From positions 66,271-130,270 of the forward strand of contig JAZNDW010000011.1 of the NCBI GenBank assembly GCA_045588245.1: a stretch of DNA of 64,000 nucleotides, read 5' to 3'. The notes under the pieces were generated by a model that was not told where the DNA came from, made no database searches, and worked only from the letters and a program-made list of their open reading frames with translations. Both the position numbers and the translations under genes were made by a program. This DNA is from Eubacteriales bacterium (GTDB taxonomy: Bacteria; Bacillota; Clostridia; Oscillospirales; CAG-272). Below, piece by piece: positions 17,628 through 28,357 of this stretch (position 1 is the first letter of the stretch; every line of letters begins with the position of its first letter).

Positions 17628-19946
17628 TTATTCTGTATAGAACGTCTTATAATTTGAATAAACGATGTTATAAACGCCGTCGTTGCAATAATCATTGTTG
17701 TAGATGTACTCGCCGTTTGCGTTCACGGCTTTGACCTCAACGCAGTTGACACCGTTTTCGTTAAGGCAGGAATTGTCAAGTGTCACCGTTGCGACACCGT
17801 CAACGATGTCAGAGGTGATTACAGTCGTTCCGTTCACCTGGAACGTCACTTTTTTCGACTTTGACACAGAGCAGGATGCGGTAATGACTGTTTGGGTTTC
17901 ACCCACCGACACGTCCGTCACCTTGATTTTGCCGTACGTCTGATAGTATCCGAGCGAATCAATGAGCGTTTCCATAGATTCAAACTGTTCGTCTAGCCAA
18001 TCAACGCGAGTCTCGATAAATTCGATCATGCTCGCAACGGCGTCATCGTATTCCTCGCCCTTATAGGACTTGTACGTTTTGCGCCATCTGTTGTCGTTTG
18101 CAAGCGCCGAGATACGGAGATCCTCCACGTACATGTCGATCGTTCCGCCGTCTTTTATCATGTCTTCGATCAATGTGTCGCGCACTTCATGGTAGCGTTC
18201 ATATACGAGCGCCAAAAAGTACGGGTCTCTTATAAGCATACGGTTCCACTGCACCTTCTGATAATACTGCTCTACCGTGAAAGCGTCCTCGGTTGTGTGC
18301 CACGATTCGGGGTAGTACGTATTGATGTTATACATATTGATGTTGCCCCACGCCCAGTCGAAGTCCCACTGCGGTGCGATATAAGCTTTGCCGTCAACAT
18401 CTTTATAGTAGAAGAAGCTGTTCTTCATGCTGTCCCAGTTCATGGCAAACTCGCAGAAAATGAAGTTGTTCACAAGGCTGTCCATGTCGAAGAAATCGGA
18501 GTAATGCCAGCCGTCGTGAGCTGTGTCGCGGTAGCTTGCGATATTGTACGAATATCCGTAGTTGTCGGTAGCGTCGGGTTCTTCAAAGTCTCCCCAACCG
18601 CCGCCCCAGCCGCTGCCCCAGCCGCCACCCCAGCCGGGACGTCCGCCCCAATTCATGTTGCCTGTTGCCTCATAATGGGTATCGGATGAACGGAAGAAGA
18701 AATCGTCGCTGTGAAGCGCATATTCGAAGCTCTGCATGAATTTGTATGCAGATTCGTAAAGCTCGGTGTCCTCAAACGAATCGGCGGCAGACTGAGTTCC
18801 CTGACCGATATCGCTGAAATAAAGCGGCTGTCTGTACGCAGATTCAAGACGCGACAGCGTGGAATCATCTCTGCTGTAAAAGTCCATCTCGATGATGTAT
18901 CCTCCCGTACGCTCGGGGAGCGTCACGCCAAATTCTTCAAACGTGTACGTCTTTTTGTTATATTTGAACTCACCGCTGTCGACCCAGCTCCAATCGGATA
19001 CAAGTGTGTCCTCAATCTCGATAGCCTTAGCTTCGTATTCCTCCGAGGTGACCTCTCCGTCATCGCGCAGTTTCTTTGCGAGTGCCAAAGCGACGTCCTC
19101 CGCCGCGTCGGACCAATCGTAAATATCAATACGGGAGTTGTCGATGCGTATCTGTTCGCAAAGCTGATATACACCGTAGTACTCGCCATTATAGATAAGC
19201 ACGACGTTTTCGCTCTTCGTGTAATACTCGGTTCCAAGCGCGCCCGAGAAGTCGTAAAGAAGCTTGTTTCTCATAAGAGTATGGTCGATGGCGTTTGCCA
19301 AAAGCACCCAATGGCGGCTCTTGCCGTCTGCCATGTCGAGCATATTCTCTTTCGTTTCAAGCTTCAGCTTGAACGGACGCTTATCAAGATTCGCCGTTGA
19401 GTTTCCTCGTAAACGAAGCTGTGCCGCACCCTCGTATAAGCCTTTTACTGTCGTTGAGTTGCCTTGCATCGTGAGCGCAACGTCGACGTATTCATTCTTT
19501 GATATCGCCTTATACTTCGCCTCGCCCGAAAAATAAAGCACGGGTAGCTCGCTACAGTAGATCATAAGATCATCGTATCCGTCAACGGATACGGTGATCA
19601 TCGATTCAAGGTCGCTTCTCTCGGGGGTATACGCTCCCGTCGTGTCCTCGAAGGTTTCAACCTCGTCGTTCGTCATGTGGGTTATGGTCCACGTATACGT
19701 TACTCCGTCGGGATAACCGTAGCAGGTGAGCGGAACGCCTACCTTGGCAAAGGAATTGAGAAAGCACACCGTATCGGGTGGAACCTGCTCCGGTGTGAGC
19801 ACGCCGTCCGACGTCGTTTCCTCGGGGACGTATATAACGTCTGTTTCGGTATCGCCGCCGTTCGCATCGTCACCGCAGGCAACGAAAGAAAAAAGGAACA
19901 ATGTCAACAGCAAAAGTGCCGCTGACTTAACAAATACGGAAGACAT
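17628..19946 (-). CDS. CotH kinase-family lipoprotein
   Basis: Lipobox FVAC; LRGNST...KRPFKLKL, WVLLAN..DHTLMRN, NGEYYGVYQLCEQI, NWDSMKNSFFYYK, APQWDFDWAWGN. Confidence 0.88.
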   Translation of the reverse strand: MSSVFVKSAALLLLTLFLFSFVACGDDANGGDTETDVIYVPEETTSDGVLTPEQVPPDTVCFLNSFAKVGVPLTCYGYPDGVTYTWTITHMTNDEVETFEDTTGAYTPERSDLESMITVSVDGYDDLMIYCSELPVLYFSGEAKYKAISKNEYVDVALTMQGNSTTVKGLYEGAAQLRLRGNSTANLDKRPFKLKLETKENMLDMADGKSRHWVLLANAIDHTLMRNKLLYDFSGALGTEYYTKSENVVLIYNGEYYGVYQLCEQIRIDNSRIDIYDWSDAAEDVALALAKKLRDDGEVTSEEYEAKAIEIEDTLVSDWSWVDSGEFKYNKKTYTFEEFGVTLPERTGGYIIEMDFYSRDDSTLSRLESAYRQPLYFSDIGQGTQSAADSFEDTELYESAYKFMQSFEYALHSDDFFFRSSDTHYEATGNMNWGGRPGWGGGWGSGWGGGWGDFEEPDATDNYGYSYNIASYRDTAHDGWHYSDFFDMDSLVNNFIFCEFAMNWDSMKNSFFYYKDVDGKAYIAPQWDFDWAWGNINMYNINTYYPESWHTTEDAFTVEQYYQKVQWNRMLIRDPYFLALVYERYHEVRDTLIEDMIKDGGTIDMYVEDLRISALANDNRWRKTYKSYKGEEYDDAVASMIEFIETRVDWLDEQFESMETLIDSLGYYQTYGKIKVTDVSVGETQTVITASCSVSKSKKVTFQVNGTTVITSDIVDGVATVTLDNSCLNENGVNCVEVKAVNANGEYIYNNDYCNDGVYNIVYSNYKTFYTE

Positions 19947-19971
19947 AATAATCTAACCTTTCGCCCGTTTA

Positions 19972-21015
19972 TTATTCGCAAAGGGATTTGAACGTCACCC
20001 AAGCCTCCATGTGAGCTTCTTCAGCGTCGCCGCCGATCGTTCCGATCATCTCAGAGCTTTCCGCGGTCACACCTGCGGGAAGCGTCAGGAAGCTCTTATA
20101 GTCTTCGTTAATGTATGCTTCGGATGCAGAATATGTGCAGTAATATCCGAGATGCTCAAAGCACTTCGCTCCGCGTTCAGCATCGAGGATATAGTCAAGG
20201 AACTTATATGCCGCCTCCGCGTTCGGAGCATCGGACGGAATGAATCCCGCCATAATGCCAAGACCTATTCCCTCCTCGGGATATACGACCTCGAGCGACG
20301 GATTTGTCAGCTTCGCCAGCGTTACCTGCGATGTATACATAACGGCAACGGAAACCTCGCCGGAGATAAGATCGTCCTGAAGGTTATCGTCCTTGATAAG
20401 ACGCACATTCGGTGCAAGCTCCGCAAGCTTTTCTCCCGCTGCTTTGATCGTGGCGGCATCCTCGGTGTTGTAGCTTTCGCCCATCACCTTGAGTGCCATA
20501 CCGTTGATAACACGGTAGTTAGCGATCATTCCGATGCTGTCCGCCAGGGAAGGATCCCAAAGATCGGCGTAACCGTTGATCTCAACCGACACCTTTGCGG
20601 GGTCATATACGATCGTCTGAACGCCTGCTCCGTAAGGAACGGTGTATTCATTCTTCGGATCGAAGAACTGGCTTTGATATATAGGGTTGATGTTACCGTA
20701 ATTTTCAAGCTTTCCGGCGTCGAGCTTCTGAACGAGCCCTTCCGCGATAGCGGTTTCTATGATGTAGTCGTCAGCGATAACAAGGTCGTATCCGCCGCCC
20801 TTCGTTTCCTCTAACTTTGCAAGCATCGTTTCATCATAATCAAAATTTTCGTATCTGACCGTGATGCCCGTTTCTTTTTCAAAGCCGTCAATGATCTCGT
20901 CGGGGAACATTCCCTCCCACGTGTAGAGCGTGAGTACCTCTCCCTCTTCCGAGCATCCCGAAAGGATGGGCAGGCACAGCATAAGCGCAAGCACAATAAT
21001 CAATGTTTTTTTCAT
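19972..21015 (-). CDS. potD: Spermidine/putrescine ABC transporter substrate-binding lipoprotein
   Basis: LYTWEG...FEKETGI, ETMLAKL..GYDLV, FDPKNEYTVPY; last gene of the pot operon. Confidence 0.88.
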   Translation of the reverse strand: MKKTLIIVLALMLCLPILSGCSEEGEVLTLYTWEGMFPDEIIDGFEKETGITVRYENFDYDETMLAKLEETKGGGYDLVIADDYIIETAIAEGLVQKLDAGKLENYGNINPIYQSQFFDPKNEYTVPYGAGVQTIVYDPAKVSVEINGYADLWDPSLADSIGMIANYRVINGMALKVMGESYNTEDAATIKAAGEKLAELAPNVRLIKDDNLQDDLISGEVSVAVMYTSQVTLAKLTNPSLEVVYPEEGIGLGIMAGFIPSDAPNAEAAYKFLDYILDAERGAKCFEHLGYYCTYSASEAYINEDYKSFLTLPAGVTAESSEMIGTIGGDAEEAHMEAWVTFKSLCE

Positions 21016-21836
21016 TTTGTAGCTCCTGTAGTTTTTTTATTTTTTGTCCCGCGAAGCGAGACTGTCATCGAAATTAAGTAGCACACAAGCGTTACGGCGA
21101 GCATAAGTGTGCACAAAGCGTTTATTTCGGGTGTGGTACCCGTTTTGAGCTGTGTGTACACCTTCACGGGCAGTGTGCTGTTTCCAACGCCCGAAACGAA
21201 TACGCTGATTATAACGTCATCAAAGCTCATCGCAAAGGCGAGAAACATACCCGAGATAAGCGCAGGCATGAGCAGAGGCAAGGTGATGTCAAAGAATGCG
21301 CGAAGCGAGCTTGCGCCGAGGTCACGCGCCGCATCAAGATAAGATTCGTCCAACCCGACAAGACGCGATTTCACCTGCATATAGATATACGGGATCGAAA
21401 ACGAAACGTGTCCGATCAGAAGCGTGCCGAAGCCGAGCTTCATTCCGAAAAGTGAAAAATAAACGAGAAGCACCATACCGAGTACGATCTCTGGGATCAT
21501 TATAGGCAAGGATGAAATATATTCGACAGCACCTTTGAACGGAAGCTTTGCTTCCTTAATGCCGAGCGCGGCAGCAGTCGCTATGACAGCCGCAATAACG
21601 GCGGCAGCGACGCCGAGCAACACGCTCATTCCGAGCGCGGCGAACATTTCCTCGTCCGCGAAAAGCTTATCGTACCATTTAAGCGAAAATCCGCCCCAGA
21701 CAGAGCTAATCTTACTTTCATTTAAGGAATAAAAAATAATAACGAAGATCGGCAGATACGACAGCGTCGTCAGCGTCGCAAGATACGCGCGCGAAAATAC
21801 ACGGCGAGATTTAGGCTTTGATCTCTTCGTTTTCAT
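21012..21836 (-). CDS. potC: Spermidine/putrescine ABC transporter permease
   Basis: FSLKWY, IPEIV, DAARDLGAS, MSFDDV, TPEINAL. Confidence 0.88.
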   Translation of the reverse strand: MKTKRSKPKSRRVFSRAYLATLTTLSYLPIFVIIFYSLNESKISSVWGGFSLKWYDKLFADEEMFAALGMSVLLGVAAAVIAAVIATAAALGIKEAKLPFKGAVEYISSLPIMIPEIVLGMVLLVYFSLFGMKLGFGTLLIGHVSFSIPYIYMQVKSRLVGLDESYLDAARDLGASSLRAFFDITLPLLMPALISGMFLAFAMSFDDVIISVFVSGVGNSTLPVKVYTQLKTGTTPEINALCTLMLAVTLVCYLISMTVSLRGTKNKKTTGATK

Positions 21837-21892
21837 TTTTTCACTCCTTTCACGCGATATTTTACATTTGACTATATTATTTTAGGCAGCTG

Positions 21893-22771
21893 TTATCGTT
21901 TCACTGCGGTTTCAAGCTCCTCAACCTTTGCCACGCGGCGATATATCCATATAAGAACGCTCGTCAGTACCATCAATATGACAGCAAGCGCCGCCGCAAA
22001 CGGCTGATTGTGCGCCTTCATGAGCTGTTCCTGTATCAGGTTGCCCACAAGAACGATCTTGTTTCCTCCAAGTATGTCGGCGATAAAGAAAAGCCCCATT
22101 GACGGAATAAACGTAAGTATTATGCCCGTCAAAAGTCCGGGCAAAGACAAACGGAACGTTATGTCCCAAAACGCGCGTGCGCGCGACGCGCCAAGATCAC
22201 GTGCAGATTCAACGAGTGACCAGTCCATCTTTTCGATACTGCTGTAGACCGAAAAGATCATATAAGGCAACAATACGTATATCATTCCCACAACGACGAC
22301 GGGATACGTGTACAAAAGCTTCAGCGGTTCGTCGATGATACCTAAGATCATCAAAAGCTTGTCAAGCAGTCCGTTGGCACGGAAGATGATTATCCAGCCG
22401 TATAAACGGATCAAAGAGTTGACCCAGAACGGTATCATCTGGAGCGTCATAAGACGGCTTTGCCACTTTTTTGACGAGCGAGCCATAAAATATCCGTATG
22501 GATAGCCGATCAAAACGACTGCCGCCGTCGTAAAGAGACCGAGTTTCAAAGACTGCACGAACGTCTCCGCATAAACAGGACTTAAAATATTCTTATAGTT
22601 TTCAAGCGTGAAAACGTATTGTATTCCCCACACCTCGTCACGTGTGAGAAAGCTTAACAAAAGCATATAAATAAGCGGTCCCAAGACGAACACAAGCGTG
22701 AAAATATACATCGGCAACGTCATAAGCGTTGCGCGGAGCTCCCGCTTTTTTTGCAGATTCCGTTTTTTCAC
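21893..22771 (-). CDS. potB: Spermidine/putrescine ABC transporter permease
   Basis: IPFWVNSLIRLYGW, LVESARDLGAS, FIPSMG; GTG start overlapping the potA stop (GTGA). Confidence 0.88.
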   Translation of the reverse strand: MKKRNLQKKRELRATLMTLPMYIFTLVFVLGPLIYMLLLSFLTRDEVWGIQYVFTLENYKNILSPVYAETFVQSLKLGLFTTAAVVLIGYPYGYFMARSSKKWQSRLMTLQMIPFWVNSLIRLYGWIIIFRANGLLDKLLMILGIIDEPLKLLYTYPVVVVGMIYVLLPYMIFSVYSSIEKMDWSLVESARDLGASRARAFWDITFRLSLPGLLTGIILTFIPSMGLFFIADILGGNKIVLVGNLIQEQLMKAHNQPFAAALAVILMVLTSVLIWIYRRVAKVEELETAVKR

Positions 22772-23850
22772 ATGCCGCCTCCGTCCGTATCGCAAACGAC
22801 AACAGCCGACGTCGGATCCCACGAAACGTAAAGCTCATCTCCCGGCTTATATTCAGAGTCAATACCGTGTCTGCTTGCCGTGATGAGGACGCCGTCAGGC
22901 GTCGTCATAACTATGCGGAGCATTCCGCCCGCAAAGCTCTTTTCCGCAACGGTGACGGGAATCCCGCCGTTTTCTTCATCAGAAATGATGATATTTTCGC
23001 GCCGAACCGCGACCGTCACGCTATCACCAACAGATACGTCCATTCCATTTTTCTTCGCGCCTACCGTGCCGCCCAAAGCAGCTACGGTGACAACGTCGCC
23101 GCCATCTGCGGCAACGATACCGCGGATGATATTCGCCTCGCCGACAAAACGGGCAACGTACGCCGTTTTCGGCTCGTCATAAATCTGTGCAGGCGTGCCG
23201 ATCTGCTCGAAAACACCGTTACGCATAACGGCGATGCGGCTCGACATATTGAGCGCTTCTTCCTGATCGTGAGTTATGTATATGAACGTGATTCCGAGCT
23301 CCTTTTGAATATGCTGCAGCTCGATCTGCATCTGTCTGCGAAGCGACAGGTCAAGCGCACCGAGCGGCTCGTCAAGCAGAAGAAGCTTCGGATCGGCGAT
23401 CACGGCGCGTGCTATCGCGACGCGCTGGCGCTGTCCGCCCGAGAGCTCATGCGGACGCCGCTTTTCGTAACCGGAAAGCTGCACAAGCGCAAGCGCACGC
23501 TCCACTTTTTCTTTTATTACAGTTTTCTTTTCTCCGCGTAAGCGAAGCGCGTAACCGACGTTATCCTCAACGTTCATGTGCGGAAACAGTGCGTAATTCT
23601 GAAACACCGTATTCACGGGACGCTTTTCGGGCGCAACGCCCGTCATATCCTCGCCGTCAAGGACCACAGCACCGCTGTCTGCATCGATCAAGCCTGCGAT
23701 AATGCGCAAAATCGTCGTTTTTCCGCATCCGGACGAGCCGAGTAATGTTACAAACTCGCCTCTTTCAACGTCAAGGTCAATGCCGCGCAAGACGGAGGTT
23801 TCCCCAAAGCTTTTTTCAATTTTCGACAAGGACAGAATCGTTTCGCTCAT
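22768..23850 (-). CDS. potA: Spermidine/putrescine ABC transporter ATP-binding protein
   Basis: GSSGCGKTT, VNTVFQNYALFPHM, LSGGQRQRVA, TOBE-like C-terminus. Confidence 0.9.
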   Translation of the reverse strand: MSETILSLSKIEKSFGETSVLRGIDLDVERGEFVTLLGSSGCGKTTILRIIAGLIDADSGAVVLDGEDMTGVAPEKRPVNTVFQNYALFPHMNVEDNVGYALRLRGEKKTVIKEKVERALALVQLSGYEKRRPHELSGGQRQRVAIARAVIADPKLLLLDEPLGALDLSLRRQMQIELQHIQKELGITFIYITHDQEEALNMSSRIAVMRNGVFEQIGTPAQIYDEPKTAYVARFVGEANIIRGIVAADGGDVVTVAALGGTVGAKKNGMDVSVGDSVTVAVRRENIIISDEENGGIPVTVAEKSFAGGMLRIVMTTPDGVLITASRHGIDSEYKPGDELYVSWDPTSAVVVCDTDGGGM

Positions 23851-24034
23851 AACCCCTCCGCTGACACACGGTGTCGATCAAGTATCACAAATAAAATAAT
23901 ATCTCATTTTATATTATACACCATATTACAGGCTTTTTTCAAGGTGTTACCAAGCATAAAGACATTTTTTACATCTTGGTTATAAAAAGACAAAAAGAGG
24001 GGCTTTTGCCCCTCTTTTGTTCATAAATTCAACA

Positions 24035-26665
24035 TCAAAGTGCCGCAAGAGCTGCCTCAAGGCCGGCTCTGACTTCACGGTACTTCTGAAGCTTCGCACG
24101 CTCACCCTCGACGACTGCCGCGGGTGCTTTTGCGATGAAACCTTCGTTACCGAGCTTCGATTCAAGACGCTTGATCTCGTTTGCGTTCTTGTCAAGCTCT
24201 GCCATAAGACGCTTTCTTTCCGCTTCAAGGTCAACAAGCTCACCGAGCGGGATATAAACGGTCGCGTGTCCAGTTACGATTCTGACGACGTTGCCCTCGG
24301 GCGTGCCGTCAACGAGCTGAGTTTCAGATGCGGACGCAAGACGCTTGAAGAACGGCTCTGCGTCGGCGCCGAAGATCTCGGGAGACTTCGTTTCAAAATA
24401 GAGTGTCGCCTTCTTTGATGGAGGAACGTTCATTTCGGCGCGGCGCGAACGAATCGCACTGATGGCATCGATAATGGCATTCATATCGAGCTCTTCACGT
24501 TCGAAAACGAGTGCCTCGTCGTATTCGGGGTACGGGGATACCATGATAGACTCCTCGTCTACACCTTCATACGGCGGCAACGAGCCGAAGATCTCCTCTG
24601 TTATGAACGGAATGAACGGATGCAGGAGCTTGAGCGTTCCGTTAAGAACGAACGCGAGCGTATTCTGCGAGATGCGTGAGCGTTCCGTTTCCTTTTCGTT
24701 GAGCGACGGCTTTGTAAGCTCAATGTACCAGTCGCAGTAAATATCCCAAACGAAGCCGTAAAGGCTCGAAAGCGCGATACCGAGCTCGTACTTGTCGAGT
24801 GCGGAAGTAACCTCGGCTACGGTCTTTTCATAGCGAGTCAGCACCCACTTATCCTCAAGCGCAAGCGTTTCCGCCTTCGGATATTCGATCTTTTCGATCG
24901 TAAGATTCATAAGGACGAAGCGTGCCGCATTCCAAAGCTTATTTGCAAAGTTACGTGCAGCTTCGATCTTCTCGTCGGAGAAGCGCATATCGTTTCCGGG
25001 AGAGTTGCCCGTAGCAAGTGCGAAGCGGAGCGCGTCCGCGCCGTACTGATCGATGATCTCAAGCGGATCGATACCGTTGCCGAGCGATTTGGACATCTTT
25101 CTTCCCTGCGCATCACGAACGAGACCGTGAATCAGCACCGTATCAAACGGAGCCTTGCCCGTGTATTCAAGCGCGGAGAAGATCATGCGCGATACCCAGA
25201 AGGTGATGATGTCGTAGCCCGTAACGAGCGTGTTCGTCGGGTAGAAGCGGTGCAGGTCGGCTGTATCATCAGGCCAGCCGAGCGTCGAGAACGGCCAAAG
25301 CGCAGAGGAGAACCACGTGTCAAGCGTGTCGGGATCCTGCTCCATTTTGCATCCGCACTTCGGGCAAACGGCACCGTCTTCCTTTGTGACGATCATCTCG
25401 CCGCAATCGGGGCAGTAGAATGCGGGGATTCTGTGTCCCCACCAGAGCTGACGGGAGATACACCAGTCCTGTGTGTTCTCCATCCAGTTAAAGTAAAGCT
25501 TTTCAAAGCGTTCAGGAACGAACTTCGTTTCGCCGCGGCGAACGGAGTCAACGGCAGGCTTAGCAAGCGGCTCCATCTTAACGAACCACTGCAAGCTGAT
25601 CATCGGCTCGATCGTCGTTCCGCAACGGTAGCAGGTACCAACCTCGTGTGTAAGATCCTCGATCTCGTGCAGATATCCGCCTGCGCGAAGGTCCTCAACA
25701 ATGGCTTTGCGCGCTTCGTAGCGGTCCATGCCTGCGTATTTCGGATAATTTTCCGTGATTTTTGCGTCCTCTGTTAAAACAACCTCCATCGGCAGATGGC
25801 AACGGCGGCCGACCTCGAAGTCGTTCGGGTCGTGCGCGGGAGTGATCTTAACGCAGCCTGTACCCTTGTCGAGCTGTGCGTGCTCGTCCGCAACAATCGG
25901 AATGCGTCTGCCAACGAGCGGAAGCACGCAGTACTTGCCGATCATGTTCTTGTATCTTTCGTCCGCAGGGTTAACGGCAACGGCAGTATCGCCGAGCAGC
26001 GTTTCGGGACGTGTCGTCGCAACCTCAACGTATCCGCCGCCGCCAACGAGCGGATAACGGATATGCCAGAAGTGGCCTGCCTGCTCCTTATAGTCAACCT
26101 CGGCATTCGAAATAGAGGTCTTGCAGTGCGGACACCAGTTTATGATACGCTCACCGCGGTAGATGAGTCCCTTTTCGTAAAGGCGAACGAAAACCTCGCG
26201 TACTGCACGGGAGCAGCCTTCGTCAAGCGTGAAGCGCTCGCGGCTCCAGTCGCACGACGAACCCATCTTCTTAAGCTGGGAAATGATGCGCGAGCCGTAC
26301 TGATTTTTCCAAGCCCACGCACGGTTCAGAAATTCCTCGCGTCCGAGATCCTCTTTCGTGATGCCTTCCTTACGCATCGCTTCAACGATCTTCGCTTCCG
26401 TTGCGATGGATGCATGGTCCGTACCGGGAAGCCAGAGCGTGTCAAATCCCTTCATACGCTTATAGCGGATGAGGATATCCTGCAGAGTATTGTCAAGCGC
26501 GTGGCCCATGTGGAGCTGACCTGTAATGTTCGGAGGCGGAATCACGATCGTATACGTGGGTTTGCCTTCTTTATTCGGGGCGAAATAGCCGTGATCACAC
26601 CAATCGGCGTATATACGGTCTTCAAAATCCCCGGGACTGTATGTCTTCGGTAATTCTTTTCTCAT
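24035..26665 (-). CDS. valS: Valyl-tRNA synthetase
   Basis: PPPNITGQLHMGHA, KMSKS, DWCISRQLWWGH, C-terminal coiled coil; ATG 26665 after AAGGAG. Confidence 0.98.
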   Translation of the reverse strand: MRKELPKTYSPGDFEDRIYADWCDHGYFAPNKEGKPTYTIVIPPPNITGQLHMGHALDNTLQDILIRYKRMKGFDTLWLPGTDHASIATEAKIVEAMRKEGITKEDLGREEFLNRAWAWKNQYGSRIISQLKKMGSSCDWSRERFTLDEGCSRAVREVFVRLYEKGLIYRGERIINWCPHCKTSISNAEVDYKEQAGHFWHIRYPLVGGGGYVEVATTRPETLLGDTAVAVNPADERYKNMIGKYCVLPLVGRRIPIVADEHAQLDKGTGCVKITPAHDPNDFEVGRRCHLPMEVVLTEDAKITENYPKYAGMDRYEARKAIVEDLRAGGYLHEIEDLTHEVGTCYRCGTTIEPMISLQWFVKMEPLAKPAVDSVRRGETKFVPERFEKLYFNWMENTQDWCISRQLWWGHRIPAFYCPDCGEMIVTKEDGAVCPKCGCKMEQDPDTLDTWFSSALWPFSTLGWPDDTADLHRFYPTNTLVTGYDIITFWVSRMIFSALEYTGKAPFDTVLIHGLVRDAQGRKMSKSLGNGIDPLEIIDQYGADALRFALATGNSPGNDMRFSDEKIEAARNFANKLWNAARFVLMNLTIEKIEYPKAETLALEDKWVLTRYEKTVAEVTSALDKYELGIALSSLYGFVWDIYCDWYIELTKPSLNEKETERSRISQNTLAFVLNGTLKLLHPFIPFITEEIFGSLPPYEGVDEESIMVSPYPEYDEALVFEREELDMNAIIDAISAIRSRRAEMNVPPSKKATLYFETKSPEIFGADAEPFFKRLASASETQLVDGTPEGNVVRIVTGHATVYIPLGELVDLEAERKRLMAELDKNANEIKRLESKLGNEGFIAKAPAAVVEGERAKLQKYREVRAGLEAALAAL

Positions 26666-26700
26666 TTGCACTCTCCTTTATATAAAAACATATTGTAAAC

Positions 26701-26960
26701 AAAAAAATAACGCGCCCCGAATATAAATTCAGGGCGCGTGAAGCGCGGTACCACCTGATTCACGCAGAAATCCTGCGCGCACTCAAAGCCGCTGTAACGT
26801 GCGGTACACGTCGCGGAATACGGAATCGTCAAAACCTGCCGTTCCCTCTCCCGCGCCGCTCGTGCGGCGACCTTCCAAACCTGCGCTGCCTGCCGACCTT
26901 CCACCGTCATCGACTCGCTATGTGCCCGCTTTTGTCTGTACTCCTCCGCGTCATTGCGTT
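26701..26960 (-). ncRNA. T-box riboswitch leader of valS
   Basis: Minus strand AATCAGGTGGTACCGCG T-box, then terminator CGCGCCCTGAAT-ttat-ATTCGGGGCGCG-TTATTTTTTT; stem I features with a candidate GUC specifier; TTGACA promoter near 27000. Confidence 0.9.
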
Positions 26961-27012
26961 TTATCAGTTACAAATCTTTATATCACACCGACGCGTTTTT
27001 GTCAAGCATTAT

Positions 27013-28317
27013 TTATGATTTTACGTCACAAAGAGCACCGATAAACAAAGGAACGTTACTCTCACAGTCGATTATCATAAACACGAACGGACGGTCAAGA
27101 TAAACCGTTTTCACCTCGATCGGCTCGGCGGAGCCTGCATTCATCTCCACGACCGTTGCCGCGCCTGCGCGCGTTCCGCGCTCGCCGACGGATATATACG
27201 TTTTATGGATCACTCGACCGATATATATAGGACCGTATGCCGACGTACCGATCCCCGAAAAATCCGCCGTTTTCGAGTCAAACGCCGCCGTCATCCCGAG
27301 CGACTTCAAAGCATCGTTCATTATAATGTCATACTCAAATTCAAACTTCGGCATAGCGGCCCTGACCGTTGCGTATTCAGCTTCCGCGAGCATAGACGCG
27401 ATTCCCTCACCCGTGAGCGTATTTATATATTCACCGACACCGACGCCTTCGTTCGGCAAAAGCGCCGCGAACGCATATTTGCGGTCGGCGTAGTATTTAA
27501 GGAATCCCACAACACCGCCGTCTTCAACGTAAACGCTCTCGGTTGAATACATCATGTCCGCTTTGCGCTCCTCGCCCGATTCCGTCGTGAAAACGCCGTC
27601 ATGCACCTGATGTTCAAAGTACATATCCTGCCACTGCGCGTCAAACGCAAGCGCGTTCACAAGATACATCACAGCCGCATCGGGAATCTCGTTTATAATA
27701 TCCTTTATCATTCCGTCCGTGTGTTCCTTAACGAAGCCGTTTATGTCGCGTACCGTCGAGGCGTCAAACGGAGCCTTATACGCGCCCGCGCCGTAATAAT
27801 CCGCGTTCGTTTTAAGAAAATCTTCTTTCACGACGAGTCGCTCGTCGTCGCGGAACCATATTCCGTTCGCAAGCGACAGCTTATACTTTTCCGATGTCGG
27901 CAAAGATTTCCGATACGAACAAAGATACTCGTTAAGCGCCGACACCTCCATACCGAACACATCTTCCATCTGCAACTTCGTTTCGCCTACGGCGCCGTTT
28001 GCCGTCATGCCAAGCGCTGAAATAACGGAAAGCGGAGATACGAGCGTGTTTTCGCCATCCTCATAGCTTTCGCGCAAAAGATCAACGGCAAATTCCGTCA
28101 TAGCAATATCGCGCAGAGTAGCAACGTCTCCAACATCGGATACGTCACCTGCGTCACCTGCGTCACCTGCGTCGGATACGTCACCTACGTCATTCACATC
28201 ACCGTTCACCTCAGCCATCAAATCAACGGAATTACCTCCCGAAGTGCATCCTACCGCAGCGCACGTCATCGACGCGCATAAAAGAACGCATAAAATAGAA
28301 CGAGTAATATTTTTCAT
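27013..28317 (-). CDS. Serpin-family protease inhibitor (probable lipoprotein)
   Basis: NTLVSPLSV..ALGMTANGA, LVNALAFDAQW, MPKF, hinge ERGTRAGAAT, LDRPFVFMI. Confidence 0.92.
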   Translation of the reverse strand: MKNITRSILCVLLCASMTCAAVGCTSGGNSVDLMAEVNGDVNDVGDVSDAGDAGDAGDVSDVGDVATLRDIAMTEFAVDLLRESYEDGENTLVSPLSVISALGMTANGAVGETKLQMEDVFGMEVSALNEYLCSYRKSLPTSEKYKLSLANGIWFRDDERLVVKEDFLKTNADYYGAGAYKAPFDASTVRDINGFVKEHTDGMIKDIINEIPDAAVMYLVNALAFDAQWQDMYFEHQVHDGVFTTESGEERKADMMYSTESVYVEDGGVVGFLKYYADRKYAFAALLPNEGVGVGEYINTLTGEGIASMLAEAEYATVRAAMPKFEFEYDIIMNDALKSLGMTAAFDSKTADFSGIGTSAYGPIYIGRVIHKTYISVGERGTRAGAATVVEMNAGSAEPIEVKTVYLDRPFVFMIIDCESNVPLFIGALCDVKS

Positions 28318-28357
28318 TTCAAAAGCTCCTTACGTAAAATTTACTTTCAATCATATA

